A stretch of DNA of 63,754 bases, filler included, from Octopus bimaculoides (GCF_001194135.2; 5 parts of 5 records of this genome joined end to end with filler, not necessarily neighbours in it); one strand, 5' to 3'. Numbered from the whole stretch's first letter, positions 37,546-51,915 are shown. Program-made: numbers and translations. Notes: a model not told the origin generated them from the letters alone.

Positions 37546-37992
37546 GTATAAATAATACGGAATGGGACAAGGACGCAAAACATCCAGACAGTTAGGTGAT
37601 GCAGGAAAGGGACAAAACATCCAGGACGGGTCATTCGGACATAACAACGGATTTCTTGACATCTGTTGTTTTATCCTGTTTTATTATTTTTATTGTATTT
37701 GTGTAACATTGTTCGTTTTTTTGCGTCCTTGTTTTTGCGTACATTCGCTGCTTTCTTCCAAGGAATCTAATGTTCTTAGCTTAGTTTTTCTTTGGGGCGG
37801 GCCAGATTGGAGCAATTTCGAGAATAACCAACCGAAATTGCAAGAATAATCTGGATCTTGACTGAGGAGAGAAAACTCCGAATGACCTGTCCTTGTTTCC
37901 TTGTATCGTCTATCTGGATGTTTTGTCCCTTTCTTGTATCACCTAACTGTCTGGATGTTTTGCGTCCTTGTCCCATTCTGTATTATTTATAC
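37546..37992. mobile_element. Non-autonomous element with long terminal inverted repeats (MITE-like)
   Basis: Arm 37546-37639 (GTATAAATAATACGGAATGGGACAAGGACGCAAAACATCCAGACAGTTAGGTGAT..GGTCATTCGGA) is the reverse complement of 37877-37992; the right arm carries one extra subunit. Confidence 0.82.
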
Positions 37993-38583
37993 ATATGTAA
38001 GTACATACGTCTTAACATACGCACCAGATCTCTTAGCAGAATATCAAATAATCACACCAATATTAATCAAGCATGATGAATGTAATGTACAGGTAGTCTA
38101 ATACATCAAAGAACCTGGACATAAGCTACTTCAAGTATTCCAGCACTCGCTATGACAATATTGGACGCATGTGGTTATATACTCCTTACTTAAAGACACT
38201 GCTGACGACTAGCAACAATGGATGAAGTTTAGGCAAAACTTTCTACGCCTTGCTGACTTGCGCAAACACCTTGGAGGACTTCTTGTCATACCTGCTGTCT
38301 TTACCTATAAAGCAGTATTACAGAGATTTAGTTGCGTATGTGTTTAATGGTATCAAGAGGCAATAATTACCTCTCCCTGTACGCACATATAATTGGATTT
38401 GTGCTTGTGTGTTCGTACGGCGGCGCCCGACAGACAGCTTGCATTCGTCTTTATTTTGGAATTGTTTTGAGCTTGCTGATCCCTGCCACGTTTGCCAATT
38501 ATTATTATAATTCTTTTTAAACTAAGGTCTTAAAAATTATCATCAGTCTCTACTTTTTTCTTTTAATGTATACTACTGTATAA

Positions 38584-38828
38584 CGGCGGCGAGCTGGCTG
38601 AGGCGGTGAGCTAGCAGAATCATTAGCACACCGGGCGAAATGCTTAGTGGCATTTTGTCTGAGTTCTGAGTTCAAATTACGTTCTGAGTTCAAATTCTGC
38701 CGAGGTCGACTTTGCCTTTCATCCTTTCGGGGTCGATAAGTTAAGTACCAGTTGCGTACTGTACTGGGTCGATTTAATCGACTGGTCCTCTTCCCCCAAA
38801 ATTTCGGCCTAAAGTTGGAAAGAATGTA
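38584..38828 (+). mobile_element. SINE family B with duplicated head and duplicated B-box segment
   Basis: GGCGGCGAGCTGGCTGAGGCGGTGAGCTAGCAGAATC and GTTCTGAGTTCAAATT twice. Confidence 0.85.
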
Positions 38829-39004
38829 TACTACTGCATGTTCCCCATGTGGTTTTGGTTTTACTACTACTACTACTACTACCACTACTAAAACAACTAC
38901 TACTACTACTACTATAATACCACCACCACCACTACTACTACTATAATACCACCACCACCACCACCACCACTACTACTACTACTTTCATCATCATCATCAT
39001 CATC

Positions 39005-39225
39005 AAAGTAAGCTGGCTGAATCGTTAGCACGCTGGACGAAATGCTTAGTAGTATTTCGTCCGTCGCTAGGCTCTGAGTTCAAATTCCGCCGAGGTCGAC
39101 TTTTCCTTTCATCCTTTCGGAGTTGATAAAATAAATACAAGTTGAACACTGGGATCGATGTAATTGACTTATCTCCACCTTGTCCAAGCTGCCCTTACGG
39201 AAAAACTTTGAAATAATAATAATTA
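39005..39225 (+). mobile_element. SINE family B
   Basis: GCTGGCTGAATCGTTAGCACG..GAGTTCAAATTCCGCCGAGGTCGAC..; (TAA)n tail. Confidence 0.85.
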
Positions 39226-40114
39226 TTATGTTGTTGTTAAACAGTTGCTATTATTAGTATTGGTTTGTTGGCATTATTATTGTTATTACTATTTTATTAT
39301 TTTACTACTGTCCCATTTATTTGTTGCAGTTATTCTTGCTTTTGGTATTACATTACCTGGTGAACTTTTCTGCATTCTCCTCTTTCCTCCGATATCTACA
39401 CAGACGCCTCAAAAGTAAATAGATACCATCAGTTTTCAAAGATTTATTTCTCGTTTCTTCTTAGGATATTTGGTGGTCGAAGAAGTTTCATTCTAGCCGA
39501 TCTGCAATAAAAACCAACTTGAAGAAATCTGGCCCATTTCGAGTTGCTCTCCAACTTCAACAGCTTTACAACGAGTGTTATTTTCAACAATCCACTTGAC
39601 AGCACAAAGACACTTGGCAGAGGGGCCAGATCCAACTCTGCTGGTGAGTTGTACAATTCCTCAGTTGATTATAGCAAGAGGGATCCAAAGGTCATGTGCA
39701 GTCATACATTGGCTAAGTCCACCGTCAGATTCAGCCAAAATACGCCCTATTTGAAAATCAGGTGGCATAGTTAGTTGATATATGGAATTACAATACTATG
39801 ACATAAAATAAGAAATAATACATTAACAATTTTGAAGCCCCAGGTAGTTTCCGAACTAACAAGTTTCTGTTTACGTATATGTGTGCGCTAAATTTGCATA
39901 CTGGCTTGTACAGTGGCTTGCAACTTATCATGTTGTATATTTGCTGACAATACCGAGAAAGTGTATTGATTTTATTGATAATTTGGTTGAACAGCCTGCG
40001 CACTAGCGGCAGTCAGGTTACTGAAACACGTGTACATTATATAAAGTATAGAATATAGTTAAGTTTTCTGTGTTTATACATAAATATATACATAAATGGA
40101 TATAAATGTTTATA

Positions 40115-40217
<103 letters not shown>

Positions 40218-42941
40218 GTACATGTTTATACACCCATATCTACGTGTACAGATGAATATAATGAGATACACACATCTACATGAACTCAGGTAATATGTTG
40301 GGCACGTAGACACACGTTTATAAACGTATTTCTAACTAATATGTTTGTGATACCTTTTGTGTAAGTAAGTTTCAGATGATAAGTTAATTTATATGGAGCC
40401 AGAATAGAAGTTTATAAAAAAGAGAAAAAGAGAAAAAGAGACACAGTTGGCTGGCTGGTTTGTTACATTGTCTGTTGTGGGGTCATAAAAATGTCAGTGT
40501 ATATCAGAGATAGATGCCTTCAAATGATGATACATACATACATACATACATACAAACATACACAGTGAATTAATATCTACTTCGTGTACAGACATACATA
40601 CTTACATTTGTATATAAGCACATGCACACTCACTCGTATGTACAACAAACGGTACACATATACGAACCTACACAGACGCTCATAAAATTTGTATATATGT
40701 ATATATATGTGTATGTGTGTGTGTGTATGTATATAATTATACACACATATATATATATATATATATTTATTTGTGTGTATATATGTATATAAACATTCAC
40801 ACACATAATGTATATCTTTATGTATAATTTATATATTTAACAATTGTACATATATATATATATNNNNNNNNNNNNNNNNNNNNNNNNNNNNNNNNNNNNN
40901 NNNNNNNNNNNNNNNNNNNNNNNNNNNNNNNNNNNNNNNNNNNNNNNNNNNNNNNNNNNNNNNNNNNNNNNNNNNNNNNNNNNNNNNNNNNNNNNNNNNN
41001 NNNNNNNNNNNNNNNNNNNNNNNNNNNNNNNNNNNNNNNNNNNNNNNNNNNNNNNNNNNNNNNNNNNNNNNNNNNNNNNNNNNNNNNNNNNNNNNNNNNN
41101 NNNNNNNNNNNNNNNNNNNNNNNNNNNNNNNNNNNNNNNNNNNNNNNNNNNNNNNNNNNNNNTATATATATATATATATATGCAGGCAAATTTAGCTAAT
41201 CTTCCGTAGATTGAAAACCTGATGAGCGGCCTAAATTGATGTTCGAACCTTATTGAACTCTCATCTGAGGTGTTTGCATTAGTCTGACTCATCTCAGAGA
41301 AATGAGCAACCAACTTGTGTACATGCTCAACAAATCCAGTAGCTGCAAAAGCAAGAGTGATTAATTTGCATACCATTAATGATTGACCTTTTATTTTAAT
41401 ATCAACAGCCCGTCCACGGGGATCTCAGTTCACACAGTATAAGGTATGATATGCATAACTGACTTATGCAGTAGATATTCATATAAACCGATGCGCGTGC
41501 GTGCAGCTGCGTGATTGTGCGCGCTTTTGTGTTTTTATAAGAGCGCCAAAACTTTGTCTTAAACATAGTGTGCTGACATGACATTGATGTTTACATTGAA
41601 GGATTACTTAATCTACAATTTTGCATGGGTGGGGGTAAAGTAATAAATTAGAGAAAAATACAACAGCCTGAGATGAGGAATGACAGAGAAAGATTTGAAA
41701 ATCATTGACATAGATGATACACCATTGGTTAGACGTATCGTATAGCTTTAAGTTAGCCCTGATTGAACGAGTGATTGATACAATTATCTCTGTTCTGATC
41801 ATTCAGAAGGTGTCCTACAAGTTTTTACATAGCACTTGAACAGATCTTGAGTTAACAAAAAACATCAACTGGAGCTAGAAGCATATTTCTGTCGCCTTAG
41901 ATAGCTTGTCAAGCATATTTGGTAGTGGTGCAGATGGCTGTTATCAGTATTAAATATGATCTTTAAAGTACAATCATACGCATTGAAAATGACATTTTAA
42001 AAATTTTATATTCCACTCTGTATAATATTGAGTGAAAACATTCTTTTATTTATAACCAGAAAAGAATGCTACTGCTGATCTTTGCAGAGTTAGGTGTAAC
42101 TGTAAAAAATGATGTCGATACGTACACATTTTAAACCAGTCTTTGCACTTGAGCATTATTTTTATTAGCACAAGTACATATTGTGTTGCTCTTTTTTACT
42201 GTGATATAAATATGCTCAAACAGAATACCTCTTTGGCATTATAGAAAAGCAACATTTAGTTGATCATGTGAGAAATCTGATATTGTTTATTAAATATGGT
42301 GCTATACTTTCAAATAATTGATGGCGTTAATTGATGGGCGTTAACAGTGGCTCCAGTTATGCCTTCACTAACGGTTGTTTTGCATCACTACCAGAAAGAG
42401 GATCTTATATATTCTAATTAAATATATATGAATTGTAGTAAACGAAAAAAAAGTCATACAAATTGGATTACAGATATAGCAGAATGCATATGAATAGAGT
42501 TCACAGAAAAGAACCTGCAATGATATTACTGCAATAAGCTGTAACCGAAGCTGAACTGATGAAAATCAGCTTTAGCTATCACTACAAGATTCTGCTTTTC
42601 TGATTAAGTCAGAATGATACGAAAACAAACGATTTACACAGTCAAAATAATCTTTAATATTTGATATTTTTTCCCAGGTGTTTATATATTTCTAGTTAAA
42701 CATTTTAATGCACCTAAGTATGTTAATACAAATTTCCTGATCAAACACAGCAGATTCATATGAATATGTAGACTAATTGAATATTCAGCAATCAAAGACG
42801 ATACAAAAACAAAGTGTGAATAACTTAAAGCAATAGATGTAGTGTACTGTCATGTCTAGTATTTCCAGTACTTCTCTCTCCTTCTACCTTCTCTCTCTCT
42901 CCCTCCCCACCTCTCTTTATGTGGTTTGTGGGTGCAAATAT

Positions 42942-42973
<32 letters not shown>

Positions 42974-43702
42974 CTCATGTTTATATATATATATATATAT
43001 ACTCATATTTATATATATATATATATATATATACTCATGTTTATATATATATATATNNNNNNNNNNNNNNNNNNNNNNNNNNNNNNNNNNNNNNNNNNNN
43101 NNNNNNNNNNNNNNNNNNNNNNNNNNNNNNNNNNNNNNNNNNNNNNNNNNNNNNNNNNNNNNNNNNNNNNNNNNNNNNNNNNNNNNNNNNNNNNNNNNNN
43201 NNNNNNNNNNNNNNNNNNNNNNNNNNNNNNNNNNNNNNNNNNNNNNNNNNNNNNNNNNNNNNNNNNNNNNNNNNNNNNNNNNNNNNNNNNNNNNNNNNNN
43301 NNNNNNNNNNNNNNNNNNNNNNNNNNNNNNNNNNNNNNNNNNNNNNNNNNNNNNNNNNNNNNNNNNNNNNNNNNNNNNNNNNNNNNNNNNNNNNNNNNNN
43401 NNNNNNNNNNNNNNNNNNNNNNNNNNNNNNNNNNNNNNNNNNNNNNNNNNNNNNNNNNNNNNNNNNNNNNNNNNNNNNNNNNNNNNNNNNNNNNNNNNNN
43501 NNNNNNNNNNNNNNNNNNNNNNNNNNNNNNNNNNNNNNNNNNNNNNNNNNNNNNNNNNNNNNNNNNNNNNNNNNNNNNNNNNNNNNNNNNNNNNNNNNNN
43601 NNNNNNNNNNNNNNNNNNNNNNNNNNNNNNNNNNNNNNNNNNNNNNNNNNNNNNNNNNNNNNNNNNNNNNNNNNNNNNNNNNNNNNNNNNNNNNNNNNNN
43701 NN

Positions 43703-43928
43703 GTGTGTGTGTATGTCTGTGTTTGACCCCCCCAAACTTGGCTTGACAACCGATGGTGGTGTGTTTACGTCCCCATAAATTAGCGGTTCAGCAAAAGAAA
43801 CCGATAGAATAAGTACTAGGCATCCAAAGAATAAGTCCTGGGGGTCGATTTGCTCGACTAAAGGCGGTGCTCCAGCATGGCCGCAGTCGAATGACTGAAA
43901 CAAGTAAAAGAGTAAAAGAGTAAAAGAA
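43703..43928 (+). mobile_element. SINE family A, 3' half (5' half presumably in the gap)
   Basis: ..GGGGTCGATTTGCTCGACTAAAGGCGGTGCTCCAGCATGGCCGCAGTCGAATGACTGAAACAAGTAAAAGAGTAAAAGAG. Confidence 0.88.
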
Positions 43929-44555
43929 TATATATATATATATATATGCACACACACACATATATACATGCATATATGCATATAGATTGCTCACCCTGCC
44001 TTGAAACAGTCATCCATTCAATCCTGCTGAATCTTTAAATCCACAATTGTTTTCTCCCCCACGTATCCGTTTGAGTAAGAACTTTGATCAAAAAATTTTA
44101 AATTTCATTTGTTTATATTTTTGTTATTTTATTTGAATTTCATCTGTTATGTTAATCTTTTTTCATCTCTTGTATTTCTTTATTAATTTCTATCAAACAA
44201 TTTATCTTAATTGATATGAGTGTTCATATGTGAAGAAAATAATAAGGGCATCGTATATCCTTACTCTGATGTTTAACTTTTCCTGACCAAATCCTAATAA
44301 TTTTGTGCAGTTTCGCTCTTCCATACATCTTATATATAAAGAATGAACTTTTTATGTATTCTTAGAGTAGAAGTATTGTTCTTGGGATCTGACGACTAGC
44401 TTTCTTTATTTGCATAAATTTGTGAATATACAATTGTATTGTAAAATACTGGGCATACATATTAATGCAAATACACATATCATTTCTGGTATGTTGAAAT
44501 TAATACTACAGGAAAAAGGTGTGAAACGGCCGTAATCATATGTAAGTCACGTGGT

Positions 44556-44717
44556 TAAATAAATCCATATTCACCTCTTATGTTTGTGCTTGTGTTTTAA
44601 AGCAAGTTCAAGAATAATTATTCTTTTCTATTCTAGACATTAAATAAATCCATATTCACCTCTTATGTTTGTGCTTGTGTTTTAAAGCAAGTTCAAGAAT
44701 AATTATTCTTTTCTATT
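44556..44717. repeat. 85-bp tandem duplication abutting a gap
   Basis: 44556-44640 is repeated from 44641 until the N run begins. Confidence 0.9.
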
Positions 44718-45479
44718 NNNNNNNNNNNNNNNNNNNNNNNNNNNNNNNNNNNNNNNNNNNNNNNNNNNNNNNNNNNNNNNNNNNNNNNNNNNNNNNNNNN
44801 NNNNNNNNNNNNNNNNNNNNNNNNNNNNNNNNNNNNNNNNNNNNNNNNNNNNNNNNNNNNNNNNNNNNNNNNNNNNNNNNNNNNNNNNNNNNNNNNNNNN
44901 NNNNNNNNNNNNNNNNNNNNNNNNNNNNNNNNNNNNNNNNNNNNNNNNNNNNNNNNNNNNNNNNNNNNNNNNNNNNNNNNNNNNNNNNNNNNNNNNNNNN
45001 NNNNNNNNNNNNNNNNNNNNNNNNNNNNNNNNNNNNNNNNNNNNNNNNNNNNNNNNNNNNNNNNNNNNNNNNNNNNNNNNNNNNNNNNNNNNNNNNNNNN
45101 NNNNNNNNNNNNNNNNNNNNNNNNNNNNNNNNNNNNNNNNNNNNNNNNNNNNNNNNNNNNNNNNNNNNNNNNNNNNNNNNNNNNNNNNNNNNNNNNNNNN
45201 NNNNNNNNNNNNNNNNNNNNNNNNNNNNNNNNNNNNNNNNNNNNNNNNNNNNNNNNNNNNNNNNNNNNNNNNNNNNNNNNNNNNNNNNNNNNNNNNNNNN
45301 NNNNNNNNNNNNNNNNNNNNNNNNNNNNNNNNNNNNNNNNNNNNNNNNNNNNNNNNNNNNNNNNNNNNNNNNNNNNNNNNNNNNNNNNNNNNNNNNNNNN
45401 NNNNNNNNNNNNNNNNNNNNNNNNNNNNNNNNNNNNNNNNNNNNNNNNNNNNNNTATATATATGTAATTGATTCAGGAA

Positions 45480-45900
45480 TTGATTCATGTAAACTGGTGT
45501 AAGCTGCATAAATGCAATTTGAACGAAATGCCTTACAAAAGTTGGTGGATGATTTTGTGCACACGAAAGTGTAAGAAAAGCGGTTGGATGGGCAGTTAAC
45601 ACTCAATCTGAAGGGGAGTAAGTCTGCTCTGATCAACTAGATGCATTTGATGCCAATGAAGTCACGATTGTCTTCTGATCTGATGGCAGGAGATGAATCG
45701 TGGACGTATTTTTATGATCTGCATACAATGGCGCAGTCAACAAAATATGCGTCATAACTCTTCTCCAAGATTTAAAAAGTTCGAGAGCCAGTGATCGATA
45801 AAGAATTTCATAGTGATTATTTTTTTAATAACTAGAACATCGTTGAACTTGATTTTCTGAAACGTGGTTATACTGTGAACAGCGAGGAGCCATGTGACTA
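45480..45900 (+). mobile_element. Decayed mariner transposase catalytic region
   Basis: MAGDESWTYFYDLHTMAQS..SPRFKKF..IVELDFLKRGYTVNSE matches the mariner TGDETW..YDP..QS and GI..DFL..G.T.NS motifs, with frameshifts and stops. Confidence 0.82.
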
Positions 45901-45912
45901 AGAATATGTGCA

Positions 45913-45943
<31 letters not shown>

Positions 45944-47507
45944 CATACATACATACGTACGTACGTACGTACGTACGTACGTACGTTCATACATAGATAC
46001 ATGCATACATGCATACATATATACATACATTCATACATATTGAACAATCATATATATACATACTATTATATATACATACNNNNNNNNNNNNNNNNNNNNN
46101 NNNNNNNNNNNNNNNNNNNNNNNNNNNNNNNNNNNNNNNNNNNNNNNNNNNNNNNNNNNNNNNNNNNNNNNNNNNNNNNNNNNNNNNNNNNNNNNNNNNN
46201 NNNNNNNNNNNNNNNNNNNNNNNNNNNNNNNNNNNNNNNNNNNNNNNNNNNNNNNNNNNNNNNNNNNNNNNNNNNNNNNNNNNNNNNNNNNNNNNNNNNN
46301 NNNNNNNNNNNNNNNNNNNNNNNNNNNNNNNNNNNNNNNNNNNNNNNNNNNNNNNNNNNNNNNNNNNNNNNNNNNNNNNNNNNNNNNNNNNNNNNNNNNN
46401 NNNNNNNNNNNNNNNNNNNNNNNNNNNNNNNNNNNNNNNNNNNNNNNNNNNNNNNNNNNNNNNNNNNNNNNNNNNNNNNNNNNNNNNNNNNNNNNNNNNN
46501 NNNNNNNNNNNNNNNNNNNNNNNNNNNNNNNNNNNNNNNNNNNNNNNNNNNNNNNNNNNNNNNNNNNNNNNNNNNNNNNNNNNNNNNNNNNNNNNNNNNN
46601 NNNNNNNNNNNNNNNNNNNNNNNNNNNNNNNNNNNNNNNNNNNNNNNNNNNNNNNNNNNNNNNNNNNNNNNNNNNNNNNNNNNNNNNNNNNNNNNNNNNN
46701 NNNNNNNNNNNNNNNNNNNNNNNNNNNNNNNNNNNNNNNNNNNATATATATATGTATGTATATATATTTATATATATATGTATTATCTATATATATATAT
46801 GCATATATGTATATTTGTGTGTGTACAGAGAAAGAGGATAAAAGTGAATGAAAGACTACGAGAAAGGAAAAAAAAAAAGAGAAGCAAAGCAGGCAGACAG
46901 GCAAACAGATAAAGCGACATACATGAAAGACGAGACAAGACAATTTAAGACTAGATAAGAAAATAAAGATTGATTGCTTGATTGATGCTCCACATAAATA
47001 TGTGAAGAGTTGGAAAAAGTTAAAAGCAAGCTTCCCGTTTGGTTAGTTAACGCCAGCATATTGACGAAAACCGAGTCAAACTGCCAATTGGCGCAGTCAT
47101 TTCATGATTTGTGTTCATTTTCTCTGCCCACTGATTGCTGTTCGTTGCTACTTGCGATGTGTTGGATTCGTCCAAATTCGGGCTTCACTGAATGCCAGTG
47201 ACAACAAACCAGACGTGACTAGTTCATTGATTGCACTTAATCATCTCAGGTGATTATGTGTCGAAACTAACCGGCTGGAAATAAAGGCAGTTTGTGAGGA
47301 GGACGAAACGCCACCATTATTTCCCCCTAAAAACTTTTGCCAACACACCCACACCTACAGACGTCCACCCCCAAACACCTCAGTTTACACACTTACACAT
47401 TCAGACATTTATACTAGCAGACACATACATAGGGTCACTCGCATATGCATGTGCATACGCATCGTCATATTATATATATATATGTATGTATATATATATA
47501 TACACAC

Positions 47508-47541
<34 letters not shown>

Positions 47542-47889
47542 GTATATATATATANNNNNNNNNNNNNNNNNNNNNNNNNNNNNNNNNNNNNNNNNNNNNN
47601 NNNNNNNNNNNNNNNNNNNNNNNNNNNNNNNNNNNNNNNNNNNNNNNNNNNNNNNNNNNNNNNNNNNNNNNNNNNNNNNNNNNNNNNNNNNNNNNNNNNN
47701 NNNNNNNNNNNNNNNNNNNNNNNNNNNNNNNNNNNNNNNNNNNNNNNNNNNNNNNNNNNNNNNNNNNNNNNNNNNNNNNNNNNNNNNNNNNNNNNNNNNN
47801 NNNNNNNNNNNNATATATATGTGCGTGTGTATATATATGTATATATATATATATGTGTATGTATATTTATCTATATATGTATATATGTG

Positions 47890-47923
<34 letters not shown>

Positions 47924-47949
47924 TGTATATATATGGATATATATATGTA

Positions 47950-47982
<33 letters not shown>

Positions 47983-48418
47983 GCGTTTGTGTTTGTGCGT
48001 ACGTGTATGTATGTATATGTGCATTTACGTGCCTATCATTCTCGCATACGTAACATACATACACATGTATGAATATTAGAGACACACTCTCACATATATG
48101 GTTGTGCAGGCTCGTGTCTTACACACATATACATACCCATACATACAGACACACTCACACACACACACACAGACACGTATATTCGTGCATACACACATAT
48201 GTAATGGAAAAATGGAGATACGGAGAAAATTAGAATAAGCAGAAAGAGAAAATGCTGTGTGAGATGCAAATATGAACACAGAAACAAATGAACACATTGT
48301 ACGCACATACATACATACATACATACATACATACATACATACATACANNNNNNNNNNNNNNNNNNNNNNNNNNNNNNNNNNNNNNNNNNNNNNNNNNNNN
48401 NNNNNNNNNNNNNNNNNN

Positions 48419-48456
<38 letters not shown>

Positions 48457-48895
48457 GAACGTGAAACAAATATGTTGGTTTATACGCTACACATGCTTAC
48501 ATAATTACATATACAAATACAAAACCAGACACACATATATAGCTGCACGTATACTTACATAATTGCAACACAGCCAATTGTACAAACACAGATTGTCGTA
48601 TTAATGTAAGAATGGCGCTAATGAAAGTCACACGCACGCACGCACATACGCATACACATATAGATGCGCGCACACACAGAGATAGGCATGTGCGCATACA
48701 CACATACAAACAGACATACACATATATATACACACATATGTGCACATAGAGCAGTAACTAACAGCGGAATAAAAAAAATAGCCACACACGCACACACGCA
48801 CACACAGAGGCACACATTTATATCTGTTTATGTATTATTCGCATACAATACATATATATCCTCATACGTTCTTACATATAAGCATACATACATAC

Positions 48896-48926
<31 letters not shown>

Positions 48927-48938
48927 CTTATCTATCTA

Positions 48939-48972
<34 letters not shown>

Positions 48973-49199
48973 GATATTGCACACCCCCGTACTTATATGC
49001 GTGAATATATGCATGCATGTGTAAGTATGTGCTTGTATGTATATGTGTGAATGTTGGCACGTAGAAAATCACATTTATGTACGCACCTATACGTATATGC
49101 ATACATACATACAAACATACACACACACACACACATATATATATATACATATATAAACATATAATTATTTATATTCATATATATATAAACACACACTGG

Positions 49200-49230
<31 letters not shown>

Positions 49231-49523
49231 NNNNNNNNNNNNNNNNNNNNNNNNNNNNNNNNNNNNNNNNNNNNNNNNNNNNNNNNNNNNNNNNNNNNNN
49301 NNNNNNNNNNNNNNNNNNNNNNNNNNNNNNNNNNNNNNNNNNNNNNNNNNNNNNNNNNNNNNNNNNNNNNNNNNNNNNNNNNNNNNNNNNNNNNNNNNNN
49401 NNNNNNNNNNNNNNNNNNNNNNNNNNNNNNNNNNNNNNNNNNNNNNNNNNNNNNNNNNNNNNNNNNNNNNNNNNNNNNNNNNATATACGCGTACAGAATG
49501 GTTGGAAAGACTGAAATACACCC

Positions 49524-49557
<34 letters not shown>

Positions 49558-50328
49558 TACATATTCACAGATACACACATTCATGCTCACACACGCACAC
49601 ACATATGCACATATGCGCACACAGACCTATTCGCCGAGAAAACCAGTGACTCGTAAATGCAAATTTTCAACATTGGCACATATAGACAAACTGAACGGAC
49701 AACACAGAACAGAACAGAAAGACAACGAAACAGATAAGACACATCATTTAACTCTCTTACACACAAACACACAAACACACACACACACACACACACACAC
49801 GCATGCACATTATTCTCCCATATTCAAGAAAAACACACCTATGTACAAACACACACATAGACATGCAAACTGACAAGAAATTTTCGAGTACATGGCAATT
49901 TAGTTGATATGAATGTGGTATCTACCCAATAAATATTTACCAACATAAATCTCTCTACTGGAGATTTTCATGCAACGTCCATTGATTTAAGCAAGAAGAC
50001 GCAGAGGCTGACTTTTACACATTCTCTCAGACTATTTGCAGCTGCAAACGGAATCGTTAATATAAACTTTGTGTGTGCATCATTGTTAAGTGTCGTGTAG
50101 CGAGATTAAGTATGAATGCATATTTCTCAGACAATGCACACATACATGCTTAGTATAAAATATTGTATATGTTATATATTCAAAATATCTAGAATGACTA
50201 ATATATTTTATATGTATACATACATACACACACCCGTCTATATTCATACACACGTATACATGTATATAATATGTTACAAATATATATATACGTAATATGA
50301 TATATATGATATATAATACATACATGAA

Positions 50329-50368
<40 letters not shown>

Positions 50369-51329
50369 ATATAATACATACATGAATATATGTATATATA
50401 TATATATATATATATNNNNNNNNNNNNNNNNNNNNNNNNNNNNNNNNNNNNNNNNNNNNNNNNNNNNNNNNNNNNNNNNNNNNNNNNNNNNNNNNNNNNN
50501 NNNNNNNNNNNNNNNNNNNNNNNNNNNNNNNNNNNNNNNNNNNNNNNNNNNNNNCAAAAACAAAAACAAAAAAGAAAGATTGGGACAGGTTAGACAACAA
50601 CAAAGTGTATTAGTTTGACGCTCAAGGAGAATGGAAGTCTTTGGCGTTTCGGGCCTACGCTCTTCAATAGAAAGCAATGACGAAAGAAAACAGATGGATA
50701 AAGGGAAAAAACGAATGTATATATATATATATATACATATACTGGAACCAGATTAAAACTTCTGATCAAAGCATACTATCCATCAAACCATGACCTCCCT
50801 ATTACATTTTCCTAGAATCTATCTCAAACTACATTTTACCCGTCTGACTATTTTTGAAAATGATAAAAGTGCGGTTCAAAAAGAATTTAGTTGATCTTTT
50901 GATCAAAACGAGATTCTGCATAGATGCTTCTTTGTTGGTTCGTGGTTACTTAACAGAAACCGGCACTGATACTTGAACTCACAACTCCTGAACCAACTTT
51001 TAATCCAGCAATCAAATATCCAATCTATTCAGGAGTGTTTCCACTATTCACATCCTTAGTCCAGTACCCCTGTTCATAAAACTCTATTGCCTATTCTGTG
51101 GCTTTGCTATACAGTAATGCCTTTTCTTTTGTTTGTTTTTTTAACACATACATTCATATTTGGCGCAAGCATGGTTGAAATTGTCAGGAAATTTGTTTTG
51201 TAATTGTGATGGTCTACATTCAATTTCACACTATGGATCCTCAGGTCAGTGTAAGGCTGACGAATCTCGTGTAGCCAACTGTCAGATGCATTATACTTGT
51301 AATACAAATATCTGCATCTGCTAGCAACG

Positions 51330-51915
51330 AGCAAAACAAAGATGAATTCGGTAAAGGATTTTAGTTCTTGGGTAAACAACTCCGATGCTGACATCAAAAT
51401 TAGAAAAACACAATCTTAGACAGTGTGCAAAAAACACAAGAGAATATGGACGTCAAGAGTGTCACGGGGAATAAAAATCACACTGTTCCTTGCAACTGTT
51501 GAGTTAGCGCTCTTGTATGGCAGCAAAATATGGACACCTATCAAATACACAGAAAACGATTTACATAGCTGTTACACAAGGATATCACGAATGGTCTTGG
51601 GTACGAAATGGCCACAGTACATGATCAATGAGCATTTCTGAAGAAGTCTCTAAAAAGTGACCCAACAAGATCAGAGAATGACGTCTCCGCATATAATGCC
51701 ATTACATGCAGTATTAGAAAAAAGCACCAAAATTCTTGCTTAGGGCCACAATGCATGGCACCGGTAAGCGTAGGATGTCCATCTGACATTTATCGATAAC
51801 CTGAAAAAGAACACAGGATTAGATCCTATTCATGAACTGAATGTGGGGATGATGGATCAAGATGCGTGGGGAAAGGTCATTGTCTTCGAGGTCAGAGTGA
51901 GAGTCCAGCCAAAGT
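51330..51915 (+). mobile_element. RTE-clade LINE 3' RT fragment
   Basis: F*xLGxWVNNSDADIKIRK..RIWTSRVSRGIKITLFLATVELALLYGSKIWT..CYTRISRMVLG..NEH resembles the RTE post-RT region (FkYLGS..DIkiRkalAW..LLYGcEtWT). Confidence 0.75.

Noticed and set aside
41181-41376. Minus-strand acceptor CTCTTGCTTTTGCAG with an open frame (TGFVEHVHKLVAHFSEMSQ..)
   Set aside because: No good donor follows and the peptide is unrecognised.
50555-50720. Penelope-like terminal motif (GGCGTTTCGGGCCTACGCTCTTC)
   Set aside because: A short motif recalled from memory, next to a gap, with no GIY-YIG or RT coding evidence.
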